Of a DNA stretch of 64,000 nt, positions 27,967 through 40,801 are shown one piece after another. The translations under genes were made by a program, and so were the position numbers. Source of the DNA: Trichosphaerium sp. ATCC 40318 (Eukaryota > Protista > Tubulinea). Every line of letters begins with the position of its first letter. The first letter of the stretch is position 1. The notes under the pieces are model-generated. The model ran no database searches. It was not told the DNA's origin and worked only from the letters and a program-made list of their open reading frames with translations. Location: assembly GCA_038496445.1 (NCBI GenBank), contig JALMLS010000577.1:868001-932000 (forward strand). Direction: 5' to 3'.

Positions 27967-28232
27967 ATTACTCAAATATGGATAATGCACATTTCAAAAC
28001 GCTCCCAAAGGCCTGTGATAGCTATTTACACGCGTGGAAACCACATTGGACTAGTTTTGTATAAAAGCGTGCAACTAAACGAGAACTTCTTTTTTTAGAT
28101 ACTGAATGTTTCGTCATTACTCAAATATGGATAACACTCATTTGAAAAAACCGCAAACCCTTGTACTAGCTATTTTCATGTATTTAGAACTGATTTGGCG
28201 CTATTTTATAAAAAAATGTGGCGCTAATGCAG
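27967..28232 (+). pseudogene. Two diverged ~150-bp direct repeats, possibly ankyrin-repeat relics
   Basis: TTACTCAAATATGGATAA twice ~150 bp apart; translations LLKYG* and TLVLAIF...YFIKKCGAN. Confidence 0.4.
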
Positions 28233-28719
28233 GAAGAGGAAATCTTGAATCACAAGCAATAACATTCATGTGTAGCATGTCCTGGGTAGAGAAGGCAGAA
28301 ATACAGTCCGAACCGGTTACGGACCGAAACGTAAAAGACCGGTCTGTAAACGGTCCAAACGGTCTGCTGTCAAAGGGAGTACCTTTGGAAAATCTGAAAA
28401 ATAGCCGAAAAAGGTATTTTTGTCAAAGGAGGACAAACACACTGTATCAGAGTCGAGTTTCTATAAAAAATTAGATAAAAGGATGTACACAAAATGTTGT
28501 ATTGAAAACTGCTTTAAAATATACCCCAGCAACACTTTGTGTTACAGTGTAAGTAGTTTGACCTGGTTTTACTTCGGATATATCATAAGACAAAGAAGGA
28601 TGACCTAGAAAGAGTAATAAATACAAGACAATTTAACACCTCAGTGCTCTTGGCAGAATTCCACTCTACGACTTTATCTACAGGCCAGAGATAGAATTAC
28701 CTTGGATTGTGTTTCCTGA

Positions 28720-29241
28720 AGGTTCCAAACTGTTGAATGGAGCAAATTGCTTGAGTACAATTATTTTTCAGAGTTTGTTCTCATCTGAGCCACCTTGTAT
28801 TTATGAAAGCGTGAATACTCCAATTGTTGGCTTCATGTGTCCCGCGAGATTTGCAGTACACAAATTCTGGAAGAATGTAGTTTGGTAGTAGCTTAATGTT
28901 GTACGAGCCACGAGGAAACTTGCTATCCTCTTCATTTAGCAGAAAGCTTTCCTATATCCTCGTGGGGACATCACGTGCAAAAGAAACACGAGTAGCATAC
29001 GGTAGGTACTTAGCACACTCAGTTGTAATGTCTTCATCCGGATGAATCTTTGTTATAGATTTCAAGTATCGTAGATGCTTGTGGTAGTAACCAGCACACT
29101 TTGCGTCTCAAAAAGGCCTCAGTCTGAGAATCATTTTATTGGCGGCACACGTGCATACTGTGTTGTGTGCAAATACTAGGCGCTCGCTGGCTCCTGCAAG
29201 AAATTGTTTCGGGAATAGGACATGGCTATAAATGCCTGACT
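28720..29241 (-). pseudogene. Internally deleted F-box/LRR relic (QAFI-leader family)
   Basis: Reverse strand QAFIAMSYSRNNFLQEPA, joined to LKSITKIH...CAKYLPYATRVSF, which matches the C-termini at 3862-4443 and 42345-42776. Confidence 0.75.
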
Positions 29242-29441
29242 GCGCAATACCCGCCGCATAATTGTCATCATGCATATGTTGGATTAGCAGCTTTTTTTGT
29301 AGTCAAGCACAAAACTTACGTAACAGCACAGTAAAAATAAATTGATTACCTTCAGTTTCTTTGTTTTGTTGTTTCACATTTCTATTTTATTTACATTGGT
29401 ATCTTCTCTATGGTTTCTTTTGTTACAGAAATAGCGTGCTA

Positions 29442-31185
29442 TTATTTTATATTACATTCCTGTTCCCAAGCAACTAACTGATCCATAAAGCCCTTGTTTG
29501 GTCTTGCTTCTTGTCTTAGATTTTTTATTTGTGCTAAAACTCTATTCACATCACGTTTATCCCTGTGCATAAGAACTACAAACCGAGGTTAATCAAGCAA
29601 TAGAAAAACTAACAATACAAGCTGGGTGCAAACAAAGTGATTACATTTCTTTCAGCCTTGAAAAAAAAATAAAATTGTGACGTACAAGCCATTATTATTG
29701 TTGTACTGCGCGAAATACCTTCTTTACTACGTAAAGTTAATACAAAAAAATAAGCAACCTAAAAGTGTATGTACCAGTGTACAAGGACAGCGCCAACATC
29801 AAGACCTCCTTGAATAAATTCAATAGCTTCCTCAAAGCAAGCTTGAATATCGTCATCAGGGGTGTCACTGACATCAAGTTTTTTGTAGTTAAACAGCTAA
29901 ACAATTGTTTTAATTTTTTTTCATTTCAAATGAAAGCAATGTACATTGGGGTAGTATGGCTCAAGCTCTTCGCCCACTACGAGGATATGTGTGACAGCAT
30001 ACTCTTGTAGTAAGTTTAGGTTTTGTGCACCTAAAGCCGAGCTGAGGTATAAATCTTCTGATACTTCTGACAGTCTAGCCATATCACAACGAATAACAAG
30101 TTTAGAGTTTTTTTCAAGCGCTAAATAAAAATTAGTTTGAATAACACTAATCACTGTGATAATGATCAACATTTACTCGCCTTTAAATGGTAGTTCTACA
30201 AGCTCTGGATCATCGATATCAAGAAGCTGAAGTTGATGAAGTGTAGTAAACCTAGTACCAAATTTTGGGATTGGGTTGTTTCTCAAGTAGATGCGTTGAA
30301 GGGAAGCGCAGTTATCTAGCTCTACTGGTAGAACGACCAATTCATTGCTTGATAACGCGAGAACTTGTAGAGTTGTCAATTGCCCTAGTTCCTAACGCTG
30401 AAGTTAAAGTGAATGCTGTCATTTTATTGAAAAAAAAGTGCCATTTAGTGCCAACGCTTGACACTCTCCTAAAAATTCCGAGATGTCTGTGACGTACTGG
30501 TGGTATGGTTGTTATTTTGTTGGACATTGCGAATAACGCTGTCAGGTGTTGTAAAGTCGAGATTCCTTCATCCAAAGCCGTTAAAGAGTTATTGCTCACG
30601 TTTAAGACACGTAACGTCTGTAATTTATAAACACTAGCCGGTATTTTGGTCAGGTTGTTGTTATTTAGATTCAAACTTGTTAATTGAGGCGCTTTGAGGT
30701 GAAATGACGTTATATTGTTGGATGACAGGTCAAGTGTGACCAGGTTTCTTGAAAAGCTCCAACTACCCTCCACAAAGGCATTACTGCGTAGATTGAGTGT
30801 TTGAACATCATTCAAAGCTTTGAACGCTTCAGGTGGTAGAACCGAAATTTTATTCTGTTCTAGGTTCACCTCAAGCACACCCACGCTAACGGATATCAGA
30901 TGCAATGACCTAGCAATTCGTGCCATTGTTTGTCTATTAACTCTTGTGGCCACTCAGAAAACCCTTTGTTCCGCAATTCTGGTGCCTTTGGAGGCGGCTC
31001 GGGCGCTGTATTGTTACCCATTTTTCGGTCCAAGTAAGTTGTCTAACGTTAGCTTTTTTTTCTGGTCAAAAAGCGTGAAAAACGCATTCGGAAGAAACTC
31101 TTGTGGGATAGTGGCTAAATGACATACAAAAGCGGTTTACGTTGCTGTAAAGCGGGTACAAGTGGGTTCCTTGTAAAACTTCCAT
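29442..31185 (-). CDS. Second LRR-containing dual-specificity phosphatase; multi-exon, 5' end uncertain
   Basis: LRR exons (LDLSSNNI, LNLNNNNL); SEVSEDLYLSS, VTHILVV, spliced VLVHCKEGISRS, PNKGFMDQL. Confidence 0.88.
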
Positions 31186-32232
31186 AAAAAAATGTGAAAC
31201 TCAAATAGATATTTGAAGTGCTTGCTGGTATGGCTACGCGTAGTGGGTGTATCTGGCCACTTTAAAAAATTGTTCCAGCTTTTATTGTGAACAACTCTGT
31301 ATCACTACATAACGGTTTAAGGGGCTATTGCCTTAACACTTACGCAGGTTTAGGCCAAAAAGCGAGTAAAACTTCTTTCTTTTCTGACGAAGCACCTCTT
31401 CGTCAAAGGCACAAGTTTTTATACACAGCGAAGGGATCTCGCTCTCTCCCAAGTGGCAGCATTACATGAGAGTTACAAGTCATTGACAAACCGCAATAGC
31501 GGTTGTGTCCCGGTAGAAACTTTAGCAAACGCAAGGTACATCGTAGACAGTATACAGGAGACACTTGCACACGAAACGGAGACAGGAGATCACCAAAAGC
31601 TAACAGGTATAAAACAAGCCACAAGCAAGACCACAAGAAGGGAAGCCGACCTTAGGAGGACGTACAGGTACCGGGAAATCGTCAGAAAGCAGTTACAAGA
31701 CGCTAGCGTACACAAAAAGATTCAAATATTTAACCGACAAATGGGAAACACAACTAACCAACAACACACCGTAGAGTTATCCATACAACATAAACCAAAG
31801 GCTCGCAACCTTAAAGTGCGCTATAACCACCGAACAAAATACCAAACCACCGAAAACCGTAACAAAAAACATAAACCATTACATACCCACCCACCACACA
31901 GAAGGTCTCACGCGCATAGCGGAGCCAGTCCGTACTTTCTTAAAAAGAGCGTAACAACTCGTAAAATACCAAAACACACGGCAAAAAGCGTGAGCAACAA
32001 CGACACACAAATGAACAAAATAGATGGAAAAGAGCTCCAAATTAAGAAAAATGCGGAAATGAGTTCCGGCACAAAGAAAGCTGCCCATATGTACAAAAAT
32101 AAGCGTTGTGCGCAAATAAAAGCGTTTTCATACGCCAATTCCTACTACCTTGATAAAAGCTTTAGCCCATCAAAACCTGGCGCCAAAATTCAAAAACTTG
32201 CCATTTCCAAAACGCACAAACCAAGCTCCAAC

Positions 32233-33791
32233 ATGTCTAGAATCGACCTCACCAACCTCCCGCCTCTCCGTAACGCTACAAAGGCCACTCAACCACCGCC
32301 ACCGCCTGCTACAACAACACCACCTCCGGCACCGGCCCCCAACACCAACAGAATAGACGGGCACTTCAACCACACCAAGGCCTCCAAGTTTGTCGATGGA
32401 CCACAACGTGTGGACGGTGTGTACCCAATCTTTGTGGGTCTCACCGATGAAGACGTCTCTAGCAGACAAGTAGAGCTCTTTGTTCAAAACCTCCTTCAGA
32501 AAACAACCTACACATACTCATTCGAAGGCAGCATTGACTTTGTACCGTTCATCATCCTCACGCTAGAATGCGAGCAAGCAGCAAAGGACGCCGTCCGATT
32601 TATCTGGGAAGCAGAAGGTATTGCATACTACGCCGACCACTTACACCCAGCCACATGCCGTATACAAGTACATACAAATGGTGGACACAGACAAAACAAT
32701 AGCAACGGCCAACCACAGTACAACGTCAACTACACCCCTTGCGATCTCACAGCCGTCGAACTCTTGGAACAGCAGTATGCACGCATGAAAAACCGCAACG
32801 CCCAAGCAACTGCCATCACAGCCGGCTGGAAAAATAGATACAGAAAAATGGTTTTCTACTCCCACGAGCTACGTAACGACGCCGTATACGCCACTGGAAC
32901 TATAGGCACCAACGAACACCCTGTCATACTCACACCACCGACTAGACCTGACTATCCTTACACTCTAGCAGTCCACAGCCTTCCCAAACGCCTAGGTGTA
33001 CGCAAAGCAAGAGAACTAGTGTACAAATGCTGCGATAAACGCATACCGCGTAGAAACGTCTTGGTCGGCCGCTCAATCTACTGTGAAATATGCGCAGGAT
33101 ACGCCTACCTCACCTTCGACACGAAAGAAGAGCTTGAAGAAGAGATCAGACTAAGCAACTCACCAACCAACTACTTTGATGCCCTTATCAACAACCCGCC
33201 GCACTACTACGACGAAGATTGGAATTACCGCTCCAACTGCCCGTCAAAAGCGCCTAAAGACGAAAAAATTTCTGAGCTGACAAAGATGTACAAGAGACGG
33301 TTTGATGAGATCTCACGCACCGGTAACACGCATGAAGCCTACTTAGAACGCTTGCTCACTTGGTACCAGCCTTTTGCCTCACACTCGCGCCTTTCCCTTT
33401 ACTTTTACCCTTACCACTACCACAAGACTATAACTCACGCATACATAGTGTCGCATCGCTTGGATCGGAAATTGACGCTCTCAAAAACGTTGGCAAAGAT
33501 ATCAACACGCTCAAAAACAGAGTCTCTGAGATTGGCCAATACGTCCTCAAACACACCATCAGCAGCAAAATCGCCTCGGTCAACGCAACAAGAGACACCA
33601 CGAAACTTGAAGAAGCGTACGAAGAAATTAACAACAAGGCAACAAACCAAGTTCAATGCGCCACAGACGGTACCGGAGACATTCCAATGCCTGACGTCAA
33701 CTCGAGGCCAAGAAACAGCAACAGCAAGACCAACAGATCGCCAACCAAAACTGGAGTCAGCCCAACAAAGAAAAAACAACGCGCTAAATAA
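32233..33791 (+). CDS. LINE ORF1: Pro-rich N-terminus, RRM-like domain, coiled coil, basic tail; frame change at 33323-33426 (candidate intron)
   Basis: LAVHSL (RNP2-like) and GYAYLTF (RNP1-like); heptad segment SLGSEIDALKNVGKDINTLKNRVSEI lies in a different frame. Confidence 0.7.
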
Positions 33792-34513
33792 ACACTACAC
33801 ATGTAAGACCTCTGTAAATGGTCGGACATGCTCAAATAAACAAGCAGGGTCAAACCACCTCTTTTCGCCCACCTCCTCTTCTCCTTTTACCTATATTAAC
33901 ATAACATGAGCCTAAGTAAGATAGCCACTTCCTCCTGCGCAAAGTCAGACATGGGCAACCTGACTGAAGCGCCTCTTAGTCTTTCCAACATTCCTCTGGC
34001 TGAATCAGTCATTCCGTGCAACTGAAACCTTTCAAGCTACAACAAAAACGCCAACAACACCGTCTACACACCTGCCACCACGTCTTCCCTGCCAGTTAAC
34101 GCCATACAGCTCCTGTCCTTCAACGCGCAAGGAGGTTGGGAAAGTAACTCGGAAAACATATTCCACGAAGCAGAAAGACTACAAGCGGGTGTCATTATGA
34201 TACAAGAACCGCTCATAAGAGAAGAAGAGTACGAATGGCAAACGTACAAAAAGCTCAAAAATAAATATTACAATTACAACAACCTGCTGGATAAGCAACA
34301 ACGCATTAACAAGGCGTTCGCGCGTAGGAATATCAACTGGCGTAAAAAAGGAAGCAAAAAGACAAACGAGGAAATCGACGAATCGATCACCAGAGACAAA
34401 AGCAATCCGCGCTTTGATCCGAGACCGTCGGAAGGCACTATCACATTAGTACACAAAGCGCTACTAAAGAAGGTCATTAACACGTACAAAGACATCCACA
34501 GAAAATTCATCAT

Positions 34514-35442
34514 CAGGGCTGAAACTAAACAAGGCTTTGCCTTAAATATGAAGGCATTTTTTTAAAATCAGGCATTGATGGCAAAAATCAGGCATGCAAA
34601 AATGGCAATGCCTGATTTTGCAAAGGCAATGGCAGAAAAGGCAAAAATCAGGCATTGAAATAAGGCTTTGTTGGGCAATGCCTTAATTGTTGCAATGCCT
34701 TGTTTTTTTTAGGCAATGCCTGCCCTAGTTTTTTTATGCATTGCCAGCCTTAAATTTACAGGCACCAATTAGGCATTGGTTGTGTACACATTGTACATTA
34801 AGGATACATTGGTTTAAGGTAAGTTTCCACCACACCAACACTTCCTAAACATTTTTTTCCATTTACTACTGACGTTTTATATAGACAACGTCACCACACT
34901 CTTAGTATTTTATGGATTCTAACGAAACCACCGCCATTCGAACCGCAGCACCCAAATGCACCAATAACAGGAGTATAGGTACTTTAAACCATTTTTCCAG
35001 TCCGCGAAAATTATACCAATAATTTGTTAATTTTTTTTTCTAGCTAAAGGTTTTTTTTCACATGGAGGACATTGAAGTTTTTTGTGTTTTGTGTACTGTA
35101 CTTTAATAAATGAATCACTATTGTATGCCTATATAAAGCCTTGTTTTATGAGTATATGGTGCCTGAGTTATGCCCAAAAATTGAGGGCAAAAATGCCTTA
35201 TTGTTGCACTAAAAATGAGGCATTATTGAACCAACAATGCAGGCTATTTTAAGGCTAATTAGTGAACCAGTTGCTTGCTATTTGGCCCAAATATGAGGCT
35301 TCAAAGCCCAAAATTACAAGGCAATGCCTCATATTTACTCATTTTTTTTGGCAAAAACAAGGCAATTTGGTGAAAAATAAGGCTGTATTTGGTGGCAAAA
35401 AAATGGCTTTTGCAAAAAAAGCCTTATTTAGTTTCAGCCCTG
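34514..35442. mobile_element. Non-autonomous TIR element inside the APE domain, ~25-bp TIRs, AT duplication
   Basis: CAGGGCTGAAACTAAACAAGGCTTT...AAAGCCTTATTTAGTTTCAGCCCTG; many subterminal AGGC/GCCT motifs; removal restores RKFIITEM. Confidence 0.92.
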
Positions 35443-38400
35443 ATCACAGAAATGGCGCCCAACGAACGCACTATACTGTTCCTAGTTAATGTATACGCGC
35501 CATGCGGACACAAGGAAGGGGTCAAATTCTTCAACAGGTTGAACAACATCATCCAGACTAGGAAAACTAAATACAAAGGGAAGAGGCACGAAATAATTAT
35601 GGGAGGTGACTTCAACGCCATCTTAGACAAACAAAACGACCGATGGCTGCAAAAGAATGTCACACACGTTATGGCACCTAACCGAAACGCCAAACTGGGT
35701 GAGCTTATCACCAATCACAACCTTCTCTGCACATATAGGCACCTACACCCCACCAAAAAGGGTTACACAAGGTTCGGTATTAACAAAAAACTCAATAACT
35801 GAAATAAAAGCATATTCCGCTCTAAAACCCGTATCGACCTGTTCCTCTGCAAACGTTCACTGAAAAACAGGATCATGGCAGTGGACATCGTTAAGGATCT
35901 GCTCACCAGCAGCGACCACCTTCCTATAACACTTCTATATCAAGTCGAACTCACAGACACGCCAAACAACACTACCAAACCCATACAACCGCTGCCCAAC
36001 CTACGTACCAACCGACGACAAAAGGACAAACTCATGGCCGTCAAAGACATCACCTTCAGTGAAAGCACCATGCGTAAATTCGACGAGTTCATGACAAACG
36101 ACAAAATGAAGCCAGAAGAACTCATGAAAAACATCAACGACGAAGTTTATACAGAATGCAAGAAAAAGCTAGGTGCAAAGAGCAGAACAGGTAAACGAAA
36201 GATCAACGACCCAGTAGTGGTACAGCTGCGCACACTCAAACGGCAATTGATCAAGCTTGCACGGAAACTCAGCAAAGACAAAATACTAAACGGAAACAAG
36301 ATGGAAATCTGGGAAAAGCTTATCACCAAAACGAAGCGTGCCATTAAAAACGGTATAAGACTACCATCCAAAAGAAATATACGAGGGCTAAGGGCAAACC
36401 CAAACAAAAGCAAAATCAGGGAGCACCTCATCATTGCCATTACAGCAGTGTGCACCAAATTAGGAAACGCACTTACAAAAGCCAAACATAACCAAATCAA
36501 AGAAAGCATAGAACGTCTGATTGACAACTACCAAAACGAACCCAAGAAGTTTTTTGACAACCTGTTGGCCAAAACACAAAAGCAAAAAATGACAGTACTC
36601 ATTGATCCAAGCAGCAAGGCCTACGTAGTAGACGAACAAAGCAAACTAGACCTGCTGGTCGACACGTGGAGAGATATCCTACAAAAAGAAAGCCCTCAAC
36701 CTCACTATACACCATTGTGGATGGCAAAGAAACCGAACACTCCTATGGAGATGAACACTGAACTCATATCATACAATGAATACATTAAAGCAGTCAAAGA
36801 CACTGCAGAATGGAAACAACCAGGAGAAGACAGAATACCTGCAGAAATCATCAACAAATTGCCAGACGAATACCACGAGATACTACACAAGGTGTGTCAA
36901 AGATGTTACAAACTGGGAGAAATCCCTTCTGCGTGGCGCAAGTCCTACCTATACCTCATACACAAGCAAGGAACAAACCCTACTATACCAACCAACTACC
37001 GTCCTATAGCCCTGCTCTCAGTACAACACAAAATATACACACGCATCCTATACAACAGACTAGCGCAATACTTGGAGCAAAACGGACTACTGTCCAACCT
37101 ACAAAACGGATTTAGAAAAGAGCGCTCTACTATAGAGCATGTGAACACCCTCATCAACATCTTAGAAGACAACAAAGTAGTAAATGTTAACGGAGACATA
37201 CATCTCACATTCTTCGACTTGCGAAAAGCATTCGATTCAGTCGAACACTGGTCGATAGAACAAACCCTAAGATACTACAACGTACCAGAAGAAATGATCA
37301 CAGCGGTCAGAGGAACATACAACAACGGAAAGGCACAAATACTCACAGACGGAGGGCTGTCTAAAGAATTTGACATACTCAATGGAGTAAGGCAGGGAGA
37401 CATACTCTCACCGCTGCTATTTATCACAGTACTAAACCCTATCATTACACACATTGAAAAGCAATACAGAGGCTACACCTTCGCAAACAATGAACTACTC
37501 TCCATACCTCTTCTTGCCTACTGTGATGACCTGGTATTCATGTCCAACAACAAACAAGAAATGGAAAAAATGACAGCACAATTTGCAGAATACTGCGACT
37601 ACAATGGCATGTCAATCAACATCAAAAAGACTAAATACATGTCGTCGAATGACGCAGCAGGAGATCTCAGCGTCATGAGAGAAGGCAAAAACACTGAGGT
37701 TATCAAAAACATAGGACACAAAGCATCGTACAAGTACCTAGGGATAAAAATCAACACGGATCTAAACTGGAAAGATGACTTCACCCAAATGGCCAAGGCA
37801 TACAAGCGTAGACTGTCGATTATACAACACAGACGCATACCACTAGACGCGAGAAAAGCCATCATCAACAAAGTCATCAACCCAGTGCTGCAATATCATG
37901 CCAATTTCTATAAATTCCCGGATGACAAACTATACCATCTGCGCAACGCACTAGCCAAAAATATATTCTGGTCAGTCCCAATGACTTACTACACCAAACA
38001 ATCCAACCTATGGACAAAGACAAACGACGGAGGATTTGGCATGACACAGCCACTGACCGCAGCTACGGTCAGTTTCGTGGCCAACATGCACTGCACAGCC
38101 ATCAATGGCAAAAAGGGATCACTCAGCAGAAGCACCTCCAGACAACGCCTCCGAGACAACATATACCTCAACAAAATAGGTAGACGTAACCTCATCGAAA
38201 CGCTGAGAATGCTACCCACAGTAGCCGTACACGAATACGATGACGAACGCATTACTGCATATGTGAAAATGTTGAACAATCTGGGTATTAACCCAATCAA
38301 CCAAGAAGACGCACAAGAACACATACTAGACTCACTCACCTACTCTGAACGGAAACGATTCCAGAAAACCAACATAAGTGAAAACACCAAATGGACGGAC

Positions 38401-38751
38401 ATAGCCAACAACAGAAAACTGAAGAAAGCAGAAAAACTCCTGGGACCCTTAGCTAACATCTCAGAAGAACAGTACAAGCTGCTCAAGGACATACTCTCCA
38501 AAGGTAACTCACACAGACTCAAGAAACATCTACGAAGAACACTACACCCAGCACTGCCGGTATATAAACAAAACAGTGCACATACGGACGCGCATAACAC
38601 AATCAACATATGGACCGACGGCTCCAAAAAAGCCAGTATGGAAGGGGCTGGACTAGGAGTGTACTTTGACGACAACAGTATTGCGGATATTACGTCAAGA
38701 ACGGTCACTGGCGACACGGTCGATGCAGCAGAGCTGGAAGCGGCGGTCATA

Positions 38752-40801
38752 CAGGTCTAAAATTTTCGAGCTGTTTTTATGGTAGATACCATGGATTTGT
38801 GGTATAATTATACCATCGATTACAATTTTATACCACAAATTCCAGTATAATATACCATAAATCAAAGGATTTATACCATAAAACAGCCAAATTATACCAT
38901 AAATATGCAGTAGAAAGTGCGAATTTATACCATATTTTTTCACCTGAAAAAATGCAATATATGGTATAATTCTACCATAAAACATGGTATAAAACACAAT
39001 ATAATACCACAAAGTCTGGTATATTATACCTTAAAACTTGGTAGATTATACCACAAAACCAGGTGTATTATACCGTGTAAAAACTGTTCTAATAATAAAA
39101 CCACATTTATTAATACATTTTTTTGTTTACATCCGTGACTTTTGGTTTTGTCCATATCCTCTTTTGTGGTAGTTGACACATCAAATAACCTTCAAAAAAA
39201 ATATTGTACTTGCTGTAAGTGCATCGAATGGACATAGCATGAAAACTAGAAGAAGAATTAGTGAAGGCTTGATGCACAAAATAAATAGTCGTACAAAAAT
39301 TGCTGTTTTGTTGTGGTGGCAGCACTGGGAGTAACAAATGACCTGTGCGGTGGAGCCAAACCAAGGCTAAAACAAAGAAATTAAAATAACTGCCAACTTC
39401 ATCGGAAACAAGTTCTAGCAGAATTGTACCTGTTAGCTAACACATCTTGGTTTTTTTTTTATCATCTATCTAGCTTGGTTAAAACCTATGGCAAGCGGCT
39501 TCAAAACAACTACTTTTAGCGTACCTTGTGTTGTGCGGGCGATAAACTGGACAAGACTTAGTTTTGTGCTCTGACTTAGCCAATTGGTTTACAATATCAC
39601 TCGTAAGGTCAACGCATGGGTGTGAAGCCTAAATGCTATCTGTTCTGGCAAATGCGGGCGTTTAGTAGGGAAAAATTCAAAAAAATCCAAAAAAATCCAA
39701 AAAAAACCAAAAAAATCAAAAAATGGGTAGACTCTGAAACAAATTGGCCTTATAGCACTATTCACGCGTTTTAACATGCATTGGAGCATATATCAAAAAT
39801 GTCAAAAAAAAATAAATAATTTTGCTCCTGATTTGGTAAATGAGGCTGTATGGCGTTGATTGAGTGTAAAAATGCCTATGGAGGGGAGAAAAAAATGAGA
39901 GCCGGAGAAAAAAACCTCCAATTGGAGGTTTTTTGCGAATGGGCATTTTTCGAGCGCTAAATGCGTTTTTGGTGTGTCTACCACTGTAGCGTTCTAACAT
40001 GGGTACGCGGAGTGGTTTCTTCCTCAAATACCATTAATCGGAGAAAGTTGGCCAATTTATCCCTAAAACGCCCGTAATTGGGGCGCGTTACCAGATTTCT
40101 CTCTTAAAACTGTTTTTCACACATTTATATGCCAATTATGTTCAACAACGGCTACTGTCAAAGCATTGTGTGGTATGGCATTTGTGTAGGTCCATATGCT
40201 ATTAAATCAAGTGCAGACCAAGTGAGCTTTGACTAACTTATACTTATACAGTATAATACCACGGTATAATACCACATTTTATGGTATAATTATATGGTAT
40301 AATGCACGGTATACAATACTGTAAAATACAGTATAATACCATGGTATAATACTGTGTTTTATGGTATAATTATATGGTATAATGCATGTATAATATACTT
40401 TAAAATGCAGTATAATACCATGGTATAGTACCATGTTTTATGGTATAATTATATGGTATAATGCATGGTATAATATACTGTAAAATGTGGTATAATACCA
40501 TGGTATAATACTGTGTTTTATGGTATAATTATATGGTATAATGCATGGTATAATATACTTTAAAATGCAGTATAATACCATGGTATAGTACCATGTTTTA
40601 TGGTATAATTATATTCTATAAATTGAGATATGGTATAAACATGGTATAATGGCTGTTATACCATTTGTCCAAAAAACATGGTATTATACCATATTTTATG
40701 GTATAATTATATGGTATAATTATGGATTATACTGAGCTTGTACCATAAAAGGTGATTATACCATAAAATATGGTATTATACCATGATAATTTTCAGACCT
40801 G
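38752..40801. mobile_element. Non-autonomous TIR element inside RNase H, TA duplication (Tc1/mariner/pogo-like ends)
   Basis: TA-CAGGTCTAAAATT...AATTTTCAGACCTG-TA; TATACCA/TGGTATA arrays at both ends; removal restores AELEAAVIALKTV. Confidence 0.92.
40249..40615. repeat. ~80-bp minisatellite, about 4.5 copies, built from TGGTATAAT motifs
   Basis: Unit starts at about 40249, 40329, 40408, 40488, 40568. Confidence 0.9.

Noticed and set aside
31383-31410. Hammerhead ribozyme at the LINE 5' end (CTGACGA)
   Set aside because: No stem II followed by GAAA; only a simple GACGAAG/CTTCGTC hairpin
31453-33909. The 818-aa ORF as a single real protein
   Set aside because: It starts at GTG; the first ~260 and last ~190 codons look like stop-poor read-through of T-poor sequence, and a more protein-like C-terminus lies in another frame
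34023-35802. Stop-codon reassignment or readthrough (both TGAs sit in AAC-TGA-AA context)
   Set aside because: Host genes end normally in TAA, TAG or TGA, and I saw no internal stops in the exons read; introns or CGA-to-TGA decay are simpler
40249-40615. CRISPR-like array
   Set aside because: Whole units repeat without unique spacers; eukaryotic context; no cas genes
38752-40801. TIR element acting as an introner (CAG|GT...TTTCAG)
   Set aside because: The available donor/acceptor pairs add 10 or 2 nt, giving frameshifts
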